This document shows, one piece after another, positions 29,745-39,567 of a stretch of 64,000 bases of DNA. The DNA comes from Candidatus Micrarchaeota archaeon (GTDB lineage: Archaea > Micrarchaeota > Micrarchaeia > Anstonellales > Bilamarchaeaceae). Each line of letters begins with the position of its first letter. Within the stretch, counting starts at the first letter, position 1. The stretch spans positions 32,001 through 96,000 of the forward strand of contig JBBSVN010000003.1 in the NCBI GenBank assembly GCA_038046765.1, written 5' to 3'. The notes beneath the pieces are model-generated. The model was not told the origin of the DNA. It made no database searches and saw only the letters and a list, made by a program, of their open reading frames with translations. Both the position numbers and the translations under genes were made by a program.

Positions 29745-30746
29745 ATGTTATTTATGGGAGCAGTAACTAAAGAAGCATTTAAACGCCGAGTTGAAGATGT
29801 AAAAGTTGCAAGAAGAATGTTTGATATTACTAGCCTTAAATTTGATCCTTATCTTTTTGATATAGGTGGTCAAGCAGATATTTTGTCTGCAACAGATACG
29901 CTTACTGCAAAGCGATATGCTGTTAAACTTTTAAGGATCACAAGTCCAAGTTCTATCTTAAGTTTCTCTGTTGAAGCTAAGTTACTTATGCGATTGGAGC
30001 ATCCTTTTATTAGCATGGGAATAACTGATTTAAGAACCTTAGAAAATGATCCACCTGAAATTAAAGAACATTTAGTATCCAATCACCTGATTATGGCTCA
30101 GGTTATTCCTTCGCCATATATAGTTATGGAATTAATCGAAGGCATGGATTTACATGTTCGTAGGGGTAGCGGTTTTATTTCGATTAAAAGTTGTGTTGAG
30201 ATTACAATAAAAATCTGCAAGGCAGTAAGCTATTTGTTTTCTAAAGGAATTTTACACCGAGACCTAACACCAGATAATGTGATTGTTGATGATATGTTTA
30301 ACCCCACTCTGATTGATTTTGCACTTAGTGGGGCATGTGCTGAAAACTTCCGTGTTAATCCATTTCATCTTCCAGAACCAAGTGCTTTTAAAAAGAAGTA
30401 TAATAGTATAATTGGCGCAGACGAATACCTTGCACCTGAAAGAGGTCCACCAAATTTTGTAATTGACGATGTTCGGTCTGAAATATATTCTCTTGGTGCG
30501 ATTTTGTATTTCTTGATTGCCAAACGTCCACCTCATTTAATGCGAACTGGTATATTGGACACTGATTTTTCTATTGCCAAAAAAGAAGATATTCCAAGTT
30601 TTTATTCTGTAGGCCAGGGAAATTTAGTTCCACCTAAACTCGAAGAATTAGTCAGAATCGCTTTAGAATACGATCCAAAAAATCGATTTCAAACGCCTGG
30701 TGAAATGATTGCCGCGCTTAAATCGGTTTTAAGAGAGTGCATGTAA
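29745..30746 (+). CDS. Hanks-type Ser/Thr protein kinase
   Basis: YAVK, HRDLTPDN, DFA, YLAPE, YSLG, DPKNR. Confidence 0.9.
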   Translation: MLFMGAVTKEAFKRRVEDVKVARRMFDITSLKFDPYLFDIGGQADILSATDTLTAKRYAVKLLRITSPSSILSFSVEAKLLMRLEHPFISMGITDLRTLENDPPEIKEHLVSNHLIMAQVIPSPYIVMELIEGMDLHVRRGSGFISIKSCVEITIKICKAVSYLFSKGILHRDLTPDNVIVDDMFNPTLIDFALSGACAENFRVNPFHLPEPSAFKKKYNSIIGADEYLAPERGPPNFVIDDVRSEIYSLGAILYFLIAKRPPHLMRTGILDTDFSIAKKEDIPSFYSVGQGNLVPPKLEELVRIALEYDPKNRFQTPGEMIAALKSVLRECM

Positions 30747-30853
30747 TTTCTTACGGTTTATCAGATTTTTCTAATAAAAAGTATAAGAAATGTTGGGTTT
30801 TTTTAAGATTTAGCAGTATTTAACATTTTCATAATTATCCTTTTAAATGTTGG

Positions 30854-31501
30854 GTGAAAAAACTAAACATGTATAAAAAGAAATTATCAAACCCAAGTTT
30901 CGTCATCTTAGTAATCTTACTGATATTATACATTTTATTTTCAGAGACCCAATCTCTAGGTACATTTAAAACTTATATAGAGCCATTGCTAATACTATGG
31001 TTTTTAGCCACTCTGATTATTCATTGTTATGAAGAATACGTTTTTCGAAATAATCTAATTAATTCTCTGTCTTTTTTAGAAAAACTGAATTTTAAAAAAG
31101 TAGATTCTAGAGAGTTATGGTCTGGTATTTATCGTAATCGAACCTTTAATCTGAGCCTAAAAATTTTTAGACCAACTAAATTCGCTCATTTCTATTACTT
31201 AAGGATAGACACACTAAATAAACGAAATAATCTCACGCTTAAAATCCAGCCTATTGATTATAAAAATAAAACGATTGAATCGAAATATAGTTATATCGCA
31301 CCAAGAATTGAAAGTTTGGGTCTTTTTTCTAAATTTTCAACAGTATTGCCATCTTTTACCCTTCCTAATTCTATCCTAGAATTCTTTGTAATTTCTGAAA
31401 AACAAACTTATTTTCTTCTCCCAGAAAACTTATTTGATGAGGTAAATTTAGTCGAAGCTTTGAATATCATTTGCGATATAATGGATAAAGAAGAACTTTG
31501 A
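30854..31501 (+). CDS. Hypothetical membrane protein (2 TM)
   Basis: Two N-terminal hydrophobic helices. Confidence 0.6.
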   Translation: MKKLNMYKKKLSNPSFVILVILLILYILFSETQSLGTFKTYIEPLLILWFLATLIIHCYEEYVFRNNLINSLSFLEKLNFKKVDSRELWSGIYRNRTFNLSLKIFRPTKFAHFYYLRIDTLNKRNNLTLKIQPIDYKNKTIESKYSYIAPRIESLGLFSKFSTVLPSFTLPNSILEFFVISEKQTYFLLPENLFDEVNLVEALNIICDIMDKEEL

Positions 31502-31508
31502 TATATCA

Positions 31509-32723
31509 TTACTTCCTCATAACAATTATACTTTCCCTTACATTTATTTTTTTAGGTTTAACATCTGCTAATCTATTAGCTGCTACAATTATTTCGACTT
31601 CCTTAAATCCAATTCGTTCTGCCATCTCTGCTAAAACTTCATCAACTAAAACATGCGTTTCATAAATCACTGAATTAGCTACATTAAAATAGCATGCTTT
31701 ACCTGGTTTAAGAATTCTATGAATTTGTTTTAGCGTTAGTTCCATATCATAAAAATAAGTTCCAATTATCGGTATTTTCTCTCCAATTTCCCCAACTTCT
31801 GGAGGCATCTTTTCAATTTTTTTATCTAACGTAATAAATGATCGAACCATTTGTGTTCTTGTTTCTTTAGTAATCTCTTTACTCATTCCAAGCAAACTTA
31901 ATTCTAATCCGTAAACTTTAGAATAATCAATATTATTTAGATATGGGGGCGAAGTTACGATTAAGTCAACACTTTCGTCTTTAATACTCTGGCAAATTCT
32001 TGCATCATCTAAATGAATTTCTGGCTTAGATCCACTAAAGGAATTCCCTTCCAAATCCGTCAGCATATTTTTTACTTTTTTCCTAAAAGCATCTTTAACT
32101 GGAATCGCTCTTTTTGATCGGTCAATTTTGAGTACTCCCCCATCTTTTACAATTAAACTGCATTGAGGAAGTATTGAAAGAAGTGCTAGAAGCATTAGCC
32201 CACCGACTTTTTCGTCAAGGTTTTCAATTTCTTCTCGCAAATATTCTATTATGTTCAAATTACTTTTTGGAATACACGCGCGAGGATCGAATAATTCAAA
32301 GTGCCATTTGAACCTGTTTTCGCCCTTTGTTTCTTTTAGTTCATTGTTTCGATTTTTTTGTAATTTTTCAAAAACTTTTTCTACAAATTGCCGTGCATTT
32401 GAAATGTCATCTTTAGAATAATCTCTAGTTTTAACTTGAGAAATAAATACTGCTAATGGCGAGGCATCAAGACCGATTGCCTTGAGCCCCTGGACTTTGG
32501 CTCTTAGCACAGTTGTTCCAATACCGCAAAATGGATCTGCAATCAATACGTTTTCTTTTTGCTCGGTTATTTTTTCCCTAGTAATTGCCCATTCTACCAA
32601 TTCAGGAGAAAACGCTTCTTTGTAATAAAACCAGTTATAAATCGCTTTAGTTTTGCTTATTTCGAATGTAACAAACGGAGCGAGGAACAAGTTTTCGGAT
32701 ATTTTAATTGGAGTTATTGACAT
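31509..32723 (-). CDS. Amino (N4-C/N6-A) DNA methyltransferase
   Basis: DPFCGIGTT (motif I) precedes TSPPY (motif IV). Confidence 0.85.
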   Translation of the reverse strand: MSITPIKISENLFLAPFVTFEISKTKAIYNWFYYKEAFSPELVEWAITREKITEQKENVLIADPFCGIGTTVLRAKVQGLKAIGLDASPLAVFISQVKTRDYSKDDISNARQFVEKVFEKLQKNRNNELKETKGENRFKWHFELFDPRACIPKSNLNIIEYLREEIENLDEKVGGLMLLALLSILPQCSLIVKDGGVLKIDRSKRAIPVKDAFRKKVKNMLTDLEGNSFSGSKPEIHLDDARICQSIKDESVDLIVTSPPYLNNIDYSKVYGLELSLLGMSKEITKETRTQMVRSFITLDKKIEKMPPEVGEIGEKIPIIGTYFYDMELTLKQIHRILKPGKACYFNVANSVIYETHVLVDEVLAEMAERIGFKEVEIIVAANRLADVKPKKINVRESIIVMRK

Positions 32724-32839
32724 AAATATAACTGTTAAAAGAAGTAGTTAAAAAGATAAAGAAAATCTAAACTTTTTTATAAACAATAGCTTTTCATAAA
32801 GTTTTGCTGTAAAAACAGATTATCTACAATGTGTTAATT

Positions 32840-34777
32840 ATGTCAATTTCTTACTCCCAAGAACTAAATCCTGAACAGATGCAAATCATCGATAATGCTA
32901 GCGGAGTCTGTCTAATTATCGCTGGTCCGGGATCTGGAAAAACAAGAACAATTCTATATAAAATTGCAAAACTTATTGAGGATGGAAATTCTCCTGAAAG
33001 TATTTTATTACTTACATTTACAAACAGGGCAGCGCAGGAAATGAAAAATAGACTGGAGAAACTGGTCGGTATTGGAGCTAAGAGAGTAATCGCAGGTACG
33101 TTTCATTCATTTGCAAACATTCTTCTAAGACGTCATGCGAGTTTAATCGGGTTTAATAATAAATTCACGATTCTAGATGAGCAAGATAGCGTTTCTTTAC
33201 TTAAAAAAATAATCTCAGATCGAAAAGCATTAACTGGTAGTACAGAAGTTTCAAGTAACGGAAAAAAAACAAAGAAAAAAGATGAACTAGCTGGTAACGA
33301 CCTTAAACGATTGATATCTCTGTCAAAACTAAGGATGATCTCTTTAGAAGATTTGGTAATGCACAGCGAACTAATTTACTTAAAGGATAATCTGCAGGAA
33401 CTAAACCTTATTACAGAGCGTTATGCTACAATAAAGAAAAATACAAATTGCATGGACTTTGATGATTTATTAGTTTATCTTTACATTCTGTTTCGTGATA
33501 ATGAAAACTTAAGAAAATTCTATTCTGGTATTTACCTAAGTATATTTGTTGACGAGTTTCAGGATACTGATAAATTGCAGTCTGCAACGCTTGACTTGTT
33601 ATACGATAAAGACCGGACAAAAAACTTTATCGTAGTTGGTGATGAATCTCAAAGTATTTACTCATTTAGAGGCGCTGAAATTCAAAACATACTAAAATTC
33701 AAGGATAAACATCAAGCAAAAGTTTTCTATTTACTTAAAAACTACCGAAGTACAAAACAAATCGTTGAACTTGTAAACGAAGTAATAAAAAACAGTAAAG
33801 AAGCCTTAGAAAAACAACTCGATGCTGTAGGTGAACATAAAGACGCCCAAGTTCCTGTTTTAATTGCAGTAAATAATCGAAAAGAAGAAGCATTTGCTAT
33901 AGCTGATGGAATAGAAGAGCAGGTTGCATGCAAGGAATCTGTTGCAGTTCTTTTTAGGTCTGTTTATTTGGCTTCTGAACTTGAACTGGAGTTATCTAAG
34001 CGTGGAATTACTTACGAATTACGTGGTGGTTTGCAGTTTTTTGACCAGCAACACGTAAAAGATTTAGTTGCCTTACTTAAGCTCTGTGTAAATAAGAATG
34101 ATTTTGCTTCGCTTAAAAGATTGTTCTTACTCTTTCCAGGAATTGGGGAGAAAAAGGCAGAAGACATGACTAATTTAGTACAAAAGCATTCTGTTGATGA
34201 CTTTAAGAAATCTATTGAAAACATTCGCCATCTTTCTCCTTTAGTTTTTGAAAAACTTAATTTTTCCTTAGAAAATAAAAACGCGGCAGGAGTCTTAAGT
34301 GCATTTTACGAATGTTTCTATTCTGGATATATGAAAGAATACTTTGATGATTTTGCAGAACGACAACTTGATATAGATGCGTTAATCAGTGTTGCATCGC
34401 AATATGAAAATATAGAAGAATTTGTTTCTGTTTTTGTCTTAAATAATAATGATAGTTTTAAGAAAAAGAATAAAGATAGCAGCGAACCAAAAGTAATCCT
34501 CTCAACAATTCACCAAGCCAAGGGTTTAGAGTGGGATAACGTTTATGTTATGGGATTAGCCGAAAGTTTATTTCCTTCTGCAAAAGCTAGTTATTTAGAA
34601 GAAGAGCGAAGACTGTTCTACGTTGCATCATCTCGTGCAAAGAAAAGATTATTCATGACTTATCCGCGGGTTGCAGATAGATTTTACAAGTTTGAAGAAC
34701 TTCCTGTTTCAAGGTTTGTTGCTGAACTACCGGAAACTGTTTATCGAATCGAAAAGAGTTGGAGCGAAGGAGATTAG
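32840..34777 (+). CDS. UvrD/PcrA-family helicase
   Basis: AGPGSGKT, VDEFQDT, QSIYSFRGA, NYRS, STIHQAKGLEW, EERRLFYVA. Confidence 0.95.
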   Translation: MSISYSQELNPEQMQIIDNASGVCLIIAGPGSGKTRTILYKIAKLIEDGNSPESILLLTFTNRAAQEMKNRLEKLVGIGAKRVIAGTFHSFANILLRRHASLIGFNNKFTILDEQDSVSLLKKIISDRKALTGSTEVSSNGKKTKKKDELAGNDLKRLISLSKLRMISLEDLVMHSELIYLKDNLQELNLITERYATIKKNTNCMDFDDLLVYLYILFRDNENLRKFYSGIYLSIFVDEFQDTDKLQSATLDLLYDKDRTKNFIVVGDESQSIYSFRGAEIQNILKFKDKHQAKVFYLLKNYRSTKQIVELVNEVIKNSKEALEKQLDAVGEHKDAQVPVLIAVNNRKEEAFAIADGIEEQVACKESVAVLFRSVYLASELELELSKRGITYELRGGLQFFDQQHVKDLVALLKLCVNKNDFASLKRLFLLFPGIGEKKAEDMTNLVQKHSVDDFKKSIENIRHLSPLVFEKLNFSLENKNAAGVLSAFYECFYSGYMKEYFDDFAERQLDIDALISVASQYENIEEFVSVFVLNNNDSFKKKNKDSSEPKVILSTIHQAKGLEWDNVYVMGLAESLFPSAKASYLEEERRLFYVASSRAKKRLFMTYPRVADRFYKFEELPVSRFVAELPETVYRIEKSWSEGD

Positions 34778-34798
34778 GTATGCCGATGCAGTTTTACT

Positions 34799-36007
34799 TC
34801 AATAACTATCGTATCCTTTTCTAAATGCTCTATATAAATGCGTTTCATTACTAAGTTCATTTTTAATCCTCTGTATTGCTGGTCTTCGGTCAGCCCATTC
34901 TAGAGGCACTGCTTCTTTTGAAATCCAGGTATGCTCAAAATCTATTCCTATTACTTCCTTTCCATTCCAGATTGCATTTCTTCCGGCGGCATCATTTATT
35001 GCTATCCCATTCTTATGCGCGAACCTAATAAACCTGCCATAAGCTTCCCAGATGGTTACCTCATTTATTTTGTCTAAACGGGTTCCTTCTACCCACCTAA
35101 ATAAAGAAAATTCTTGATCATTTACAAATAATTTTCCAAGTGGCCTTTCAACCTGTACACCGCGCTCTAGCATTACTTTAGCTTTTTCCAATTGGTCTGC
35201 TTCGCATGGATGCTGCAATAATACAGCTATATGATCAGATGTTTTATTATCAATTCTAGACATAGGAATATCACTGCTTTGAAGTGTGCTTCCAAATATT
35301 GCCAGTAAATTAGAATAATCATTTTGGAATATTGCCCAAAGAGGTTTGTGTCTTATAATTCTACGAATGTGTTTTGCAAATTCTTCTAAAATCGTGTGAT
35401 TAATCTCAACATCGCTTTCAATTCTTTCCTGAGTTTTTAAAGAATAAAAATAAAATTCATCTAGCATCTCTCTAATTTTTTCCTTACTAGAATTTGGTAT
35501 TCTTCTTTTTAACCAATATAAAGTATCCATAACTCTTCTGTTTTCTGTTATATCTAAGTAAAATGGCCAGTATTTCCATGCTTCGAGCTCTTTTATTGCG
35601 TTTAATGCAAATTCTGTTCCTCGTTCTTTATCATCTGTAAAATGTATGTACAAACTTCGTAAAAATAAGCAACCAGCTAAATAAACATGGAATCCATTAA
35701 TTAGATCAGTTACAAATATGTCCTTTGATTCTATTTTCATTTCCATAGGACTGCTAAAAGTTGCCATTGCCAAAAGTCTGCGTAGCTCTTTTGGATCCAA
35801 AGGTTGTTTTACTTCTTCGACTACTCCTCTAAAAAATGTTTCAAAATATTTAGATTCAACTCGGTATGCTTTTGGATATTTGCTTATTAATGGTTTAGCT
35901 CTTTTTCCATAAATACTTGGTTTTGTAGTTGCATTAGCAATTACTCTGCCTTCTGCTGATTTTGGATCTATTACCAAGACTGGACTATGCAATTGTCTTC
36001 TTTTCAT
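34799..36007 (-). CDS. Hypothetical protein with a C-terminal atypical kinase-like domain
   Basis: HKNGIAINDAAGRNAIW...IDFE resembles a kinase catalytic loop plus DFG. Confidence 0.6.
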   Translation of the reverse strand: MKRRQLHSPVLVIDPKSAEGRVIANATTKPSIYGKRAKPLISKYPKAYRVESKYFETFFRGVVEEVKQPLDPKELRRLLAMATFSSPMEMKIESKDIFVTDLINGFHVYLAGCLFLRSLYIHFTDDKERGTEFALNAIKELEAWKYWPFYLDITENRRVMDTLYWLKRRIPNSSKEKIREMLDEFYFYSLKTQERIESDVEINHTILEEFAKHIRRIIRHKPLWAIFQNDYSNLLAIFGSTLQSSDIPMSRIDNKTSDHIAVLLQHPCEADQLEKAKVMLERGVQVERPLGKLFVNDQEFSLFRWVEGTRLDKINEVTIWEAYGRFIRFAHKNGIAINDAAGRNAIWNGKEVIGIDFEHTWISKEAVPLEWADRRPAIQRIKNELSNETHLYRAFRKGYDSY

Positions 36008-36039
36008 GTTATTTATAATGTTCGAAAGAGAATATAAAC

Positions 36040-36456
36040 TTAAGCTTTTGATTGGTTCGTTATTGCTTCCTTCGACAATCTATCTGCCCATTCATTCTCT
36101 TCCCTTGGAACGTGCTCGAACTTTACGTTTAATTGCATGCAAAGAGCAACTACTTTCCTATTTAATTCCTTTAAGTGCGGAGCCTTAACCTTATAAATTC
36201 CTTTTAACTGATTAACCAAAAGCTGGCTATCGCTTCGAACTAAGATTATCTCGTCCTTTTCTCCTTCTTTTTCTATAATTTTCCTTGTTTCCTCTAACGC
36301 TCGAACTGCGGCAGTATACTCTGCAATGTTGTTAGTTCCGTTTCCTAAAAATTCGCTAAGTTCTAAAATAGTTTTTCCATCTTTACGAATAACAACCCCT
36401 ATTCCCATAGGTCCGGGATTTCCAAAACAAGCGCCATCAATATTAATCGTAATCAT
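36040..36456 (-). CDS. rnhA: Ribonuclease HI family
   Basis: IDGACFGNPG, TNNIAEY, SDSQL, HVPREENEWAD. Confidence 0.93.
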   Translation of the reverse strand: MITINIDGACFGNPGPMGIGVVIRKDGKTILELSEFLGNGTNNIAEYTAAVRALEETRKIIEKEGEKDEIILVRSDSQLLVNQLKGIYKVKAPHLKELNRKVVALCMQLNVKFEHVPREENEWADRLSKEAITNQSKA

Positions 36457-36559
36457 AAAAGAACCATACAAAACAATCGGGAGAAGCTTTTTTAAGATAA
36501 GCATTGTAAATAATTCTGAGTTATATATTCAAACTACTTAAATTAATCGAGGTGTATAA

Positions 36560-37348
36560 ATGGGAATGGGAGATTCTTCTAAAGAAGATACAATCACAAT
36601 GAATAAATCTACAGTTTATTTAGTAATAATCGCATTATTAGGAATTTTATTAATAGGATCAATTTTTACACAGGGCTTTGGTATTATTAAATCAACAACA
36701 GTCGCACCAACTCCGACACCAACCCCTACGCCAACTCCGACACCAACTCCGACACCAATAGGTGTAACTGCATTAGCTACTTTTAAGGGCTATGCACAAA
36801 AAATCGGATTGGATACTGCAAAATTCAACAGTTGTTTGGATACATCTAAATACAGTACAGAAGTACAAAAAGACTTTTCAGATGGATTAGCTTTAGGAAT
36901 TCAAGGTACTCCGTCATTTATGATAGGAAGACGAGATGGGGCTCCACAAACATTAGTTGGTGCTCAACCATATTCTGTATTTAAAGCTGCAATAGAAGCT
37001 GAATTAGCAAATACCAATCAAACAAATGTAACTACTAAAACAAGTACGTTTGCTGATGATGATCCTAAATTGGGGTTAGATAGTGCACCAATTCTGATTA
37101 TTGAATTCTCAGATTTTCAGTGCCCTTTCTGTGAAAGGTTCTACTCTGCTGCTTATCAAAATCTTCAAACAGATTATGTAAAAACAGGTAAGGTTCAAAT
37201 TGTTTTTAGGGACTTTCCTTTAAGCAACATACATCCAAAAGCAGAGCTTGCAGCTCAAGTTGCACAATGTGCATTTGAACAAGGTAAATTTGAAGAGATG
37301 CATGACGTTCTTTTCAAGAATCAAAATGAATGGTCAAACCTTAACTAA
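36560..37348 (+). CDS. Membrane-anchored DsbA-like thioredoxin, circularly permuted
   Basis: TM helix, PT-repeat linker, GTP/GAQP half first, EFSDFQCPFC half last. Confidence 0.85.
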   Translation: MGMGDSSKEDTITMNKSTVYLVIIALLGILLIGSIFTQGFGIIKSTTVAPTPTPTPTPTPTPTPTPIGVTALATFKGYAQKIGLDTAKFNSCLDTSKYSTEVQKDFSDGLALGIQGTPSFMIGRRDGAPQTLVGAQPYSVFKAAIEAELANTNQTNVTTKTSTFADDDPKLGLDSAPILIIEFSDFQCPFCERFYSAAYQNLQTDYVKTGKVQIVFRDFPLSNIHPKAELAAQVAQCAFEQGKFEEMHDVLFKNQNEWSNLN

Positions 37349-37410
37349 TTTTTTTTTATTTTTTAATTTTATATTTTTTATTAATCTTAATTATGTCCGG
37401 GCGTAAAATT

Positions 37411-38067
37411 ATGAAAAACTTGCATTTGATCTTTTTTACAATTTTTTTAGGATTTTTTTTACTTGGCTGTACTTCGCAGACTGATTATAAACAAATCAAT
37501 CTTTCAGAACTTGTTAAAAATAATTCAGAAAAAATCGGATCAGATTCTTCACCTGTTTTGATAATCGAGTTTTCGGATTTTCAATGTTTATTTTGTAGGA
37601 AATTTTATATCCAAAGTTGGCCGAGTATAAAAAGAGATTATATCGATTCTGGAAAAGTTCAGTTAATTTATAAAAATTTCCCACTTCTGGAGATTCATCC
37701 TGACTCGCAAATGGCAGCTGAAGCAGCAGAGTGTGCAAATGAACAGGGTAAATTTGAATTATTCCATGATGAACTTTATAATTTACAACAAGTAAAAGGA
37801 AGCGGAACTGTTCCAATTTCCAAACAGGATTTAAAAGATACGGCTTCTATAGCTTCTTTGGATTTGACTAAATTCAATATCTGCTTTGAATCTGGAAAGT
37901 ATGCTTTAGAAGTTCAAAAAGACTTTAGTCAAGGTGTTAAACTAGGGATAAAAGGTACTCCTGCATTTTTAATTATAAAAAGAGGGGGAACCAAAGCAAA
38001 ATTCTTATCCGGAGCATTACCTTATTCAGAGTTTAAAGCAGCAATCGATGAAATTTCATCTGAGTAA
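37411..38067 (+). CDS. DsbA-like lipoprotein, canonical domain order
   Basis: LLGC lipobox, EFSDFQCLFC, GTPAF, GALPY. Confidence 0.9.
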   Translation: MKNLHLIFFTIFLGFFLLGCTSQTDYKQINLSELVKNNSEKIGSDSSPVLIIEFSDFQCLFCRKFYIQSWPSIKRDYIDSGKVQLIYKNFPLLEIHPDSQMAAEAAECANEQGKFELFHDELYNLQQVKGSGTVPISKQDLKDTASIASLDLTKFNICFESGKYALEVQKDFSQGVKLGIKGTPAFLIIKRGGTKAKFLSGALPYSEFKAAIDEISSE

Positions 38068-38195
38068 TTCTCTGGTAAATATCTCTAGTAAATACTAGAT
38101 AAGCTTTAAAACACTCTTTTACATTTATTTAATGCATTATTGCTAGCTTTAATGCTGCTAAAATATCAATTAAACAAATTTATCAAATGATTTAA

Positions 38196-38930
38196 ATGGC
38201 AAACGTTAATATTGCAGAATTAAGAAAAGTGCGTGATTATAAAATCACTTCAATACGGGAGGATGTACATAATATTATCATACTGACTTTATCCTCTGTT
38301 ACTAGTGATAGATTACCAAATTCACTTCCAGGCCAGTTTCTAAATTTACATACAGCTGATTTAGAAAATAAACCCATATTTAGGCCATATTCAATAGCGT
38401 CTTCACCAGGTGTAACTGACTTAGAACTATGCATAAAAATACTTCCAGATGGAAAATTTTCTGCGCCACTAAGTAAAAAGAAAGTTGGTGATACAATTGG
38501 TGTTTCAGGTCCGTATGGTTTTTTTACATATGAAAACCAAACGAATGCTGTCTTTATGACTGCTGGGACGGGAATAGCGCCAATTATGGCTATGCTAAGA
38601 ACGATTGTTGAGAAAAATGTCCAAGGTAATTTCATTTTATTTTATTCAAATAAGACCAAAGATTCAATCATATACTTTGATGAACTTAATCAGATGATGG
38701 TTAAAAATCCAAGTATAAAAATTATATTTACACTAACTCAAGAAACAGACGGGCCATGGGCTGGGGAAAAGGGCAGAATTTGCGATCCTATGGTAAAAAA
38801 ATATCTTAATAAGGCTGAAGATTTTGATTATTATTTCTGCGGTCCATTGGAATTTATTAAGACCATGAAAACATGTGTTGTTTCTCTTGGGGCTAAACCG
38901 GAAAAAATAAAAGCAGAAGGTTGGGGTTAA
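38196..38930 (+). CDS. Ferredoxin-NADP reductase-like FAD/NAD oxidoreductase
   Basis: PGQF, RPYSIAS, GPYG, AGTGIAP, CGP. Confidence 0.92.
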   Translation: MANVNIAELRKVRDYKITSIREDVHNIIILTLSSVTSDRLPNSLPGQFLNLHTADLENKPIFRPYSIASSPGVTDLELCIKILPDGKFSAPLSKKKVGDTIGVSGPYGFFTYENQTNAVFMTAGTGIAPIMAMLRTIVEKNVQGNFILFYSNKTKDSIIYFDELNQMMVKNPSIKIIFTLTQETDGPWAGEKGRICDPMVKKYLNKAEDFDYYFCGPLEFIKTMKTCVVSLGAKPEKIKAEGWG

Positions 38931-38941
38931 TATTAATATTT

Positions 38942-38976
38942 AGCATTGAGCAATGAGCAGTGGGCAATGAGCAACT
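38942..38976. repeat. Heptamer tandem repeat
   Basis: agcattg agcaatg agcagtg ggcaatg agcaact. Confidence 0.7.
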
Positions 38977-39042
38977 TATAATTAGTTTCGTGGCTCAGAG
39001 CACACGGCCCAAAGCTCAAGGCCAAACTAATGGTGATTTTAT

Positions 39043-39507
39043 ATGAGTGAAAAAATAATTGATACAATCGTTGATGGAGGAAAAGCAACAGCTGGCCCGC
39101 CATTAGGTCCAGCATTAGGTCCATTAGGTGTACCAGCACCAAAAGTAATTGCAGATATAAATACAGCAACTAAAGCATTTGAAGGAATGAAAGTTCCAGT
39201 AAAAGTCATAGTAGAAACTTCTACTAAAACTTATCGAATTGAAGTAGGTACCCCTCCAATTGCTGAATTGGTAAAAAAAGCAGCAGGTGTAGAAAAAGGT
39301 TCTGGAACCAAAGAAGTAAAAGCAGGTAATATTACTTTTGAAAAAATAAAAGAAATTGCAACAAACGCTTCCAAATCTCTTGGTAAAGATCTTAAGCAAA
39401 AGGTCAAGGAGATTGCCGGTACCTGCGTAAGTATGGGTATATCTGTTGATGGCAAGGGTGCTAAAGACTTCATAAAAGCAGTAGATGAAGGTAAGTACTC
39501 CTTCTAA
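39043..39507 (+). CDS. rpl11: 50S ribosomal protein L11
   Basis: GGKATAGPPLGPALGPLG...GTCVSMG. Confidence 0.97.
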   Translation: MSEKIIDTIVDGGKATAGPPLGPALGPLGVPAPKVIADINTATKAFEGMKVPVKVIVETSTKTYRIEVGTPPIAELVKKAAGVEKGSGTKEVKAGNITFEKIKEIATNASKSLGKDLKQKVKEIAGTCVSMGISVDGKGAKDFIKAVDEGKYSF

Positions 39508-39567
39508 TTCTATTTAATCCTTTTTTATTTTTTAAGTTTAGTTTTTAACTAATTTGGTAGTTTGTTT

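Noticed and set aside
36706..36757. DNA tandem repeat ccaactccgaca
   Set aside because: It simply encodes the Pro-Thr linker of the DsbA-like protein.
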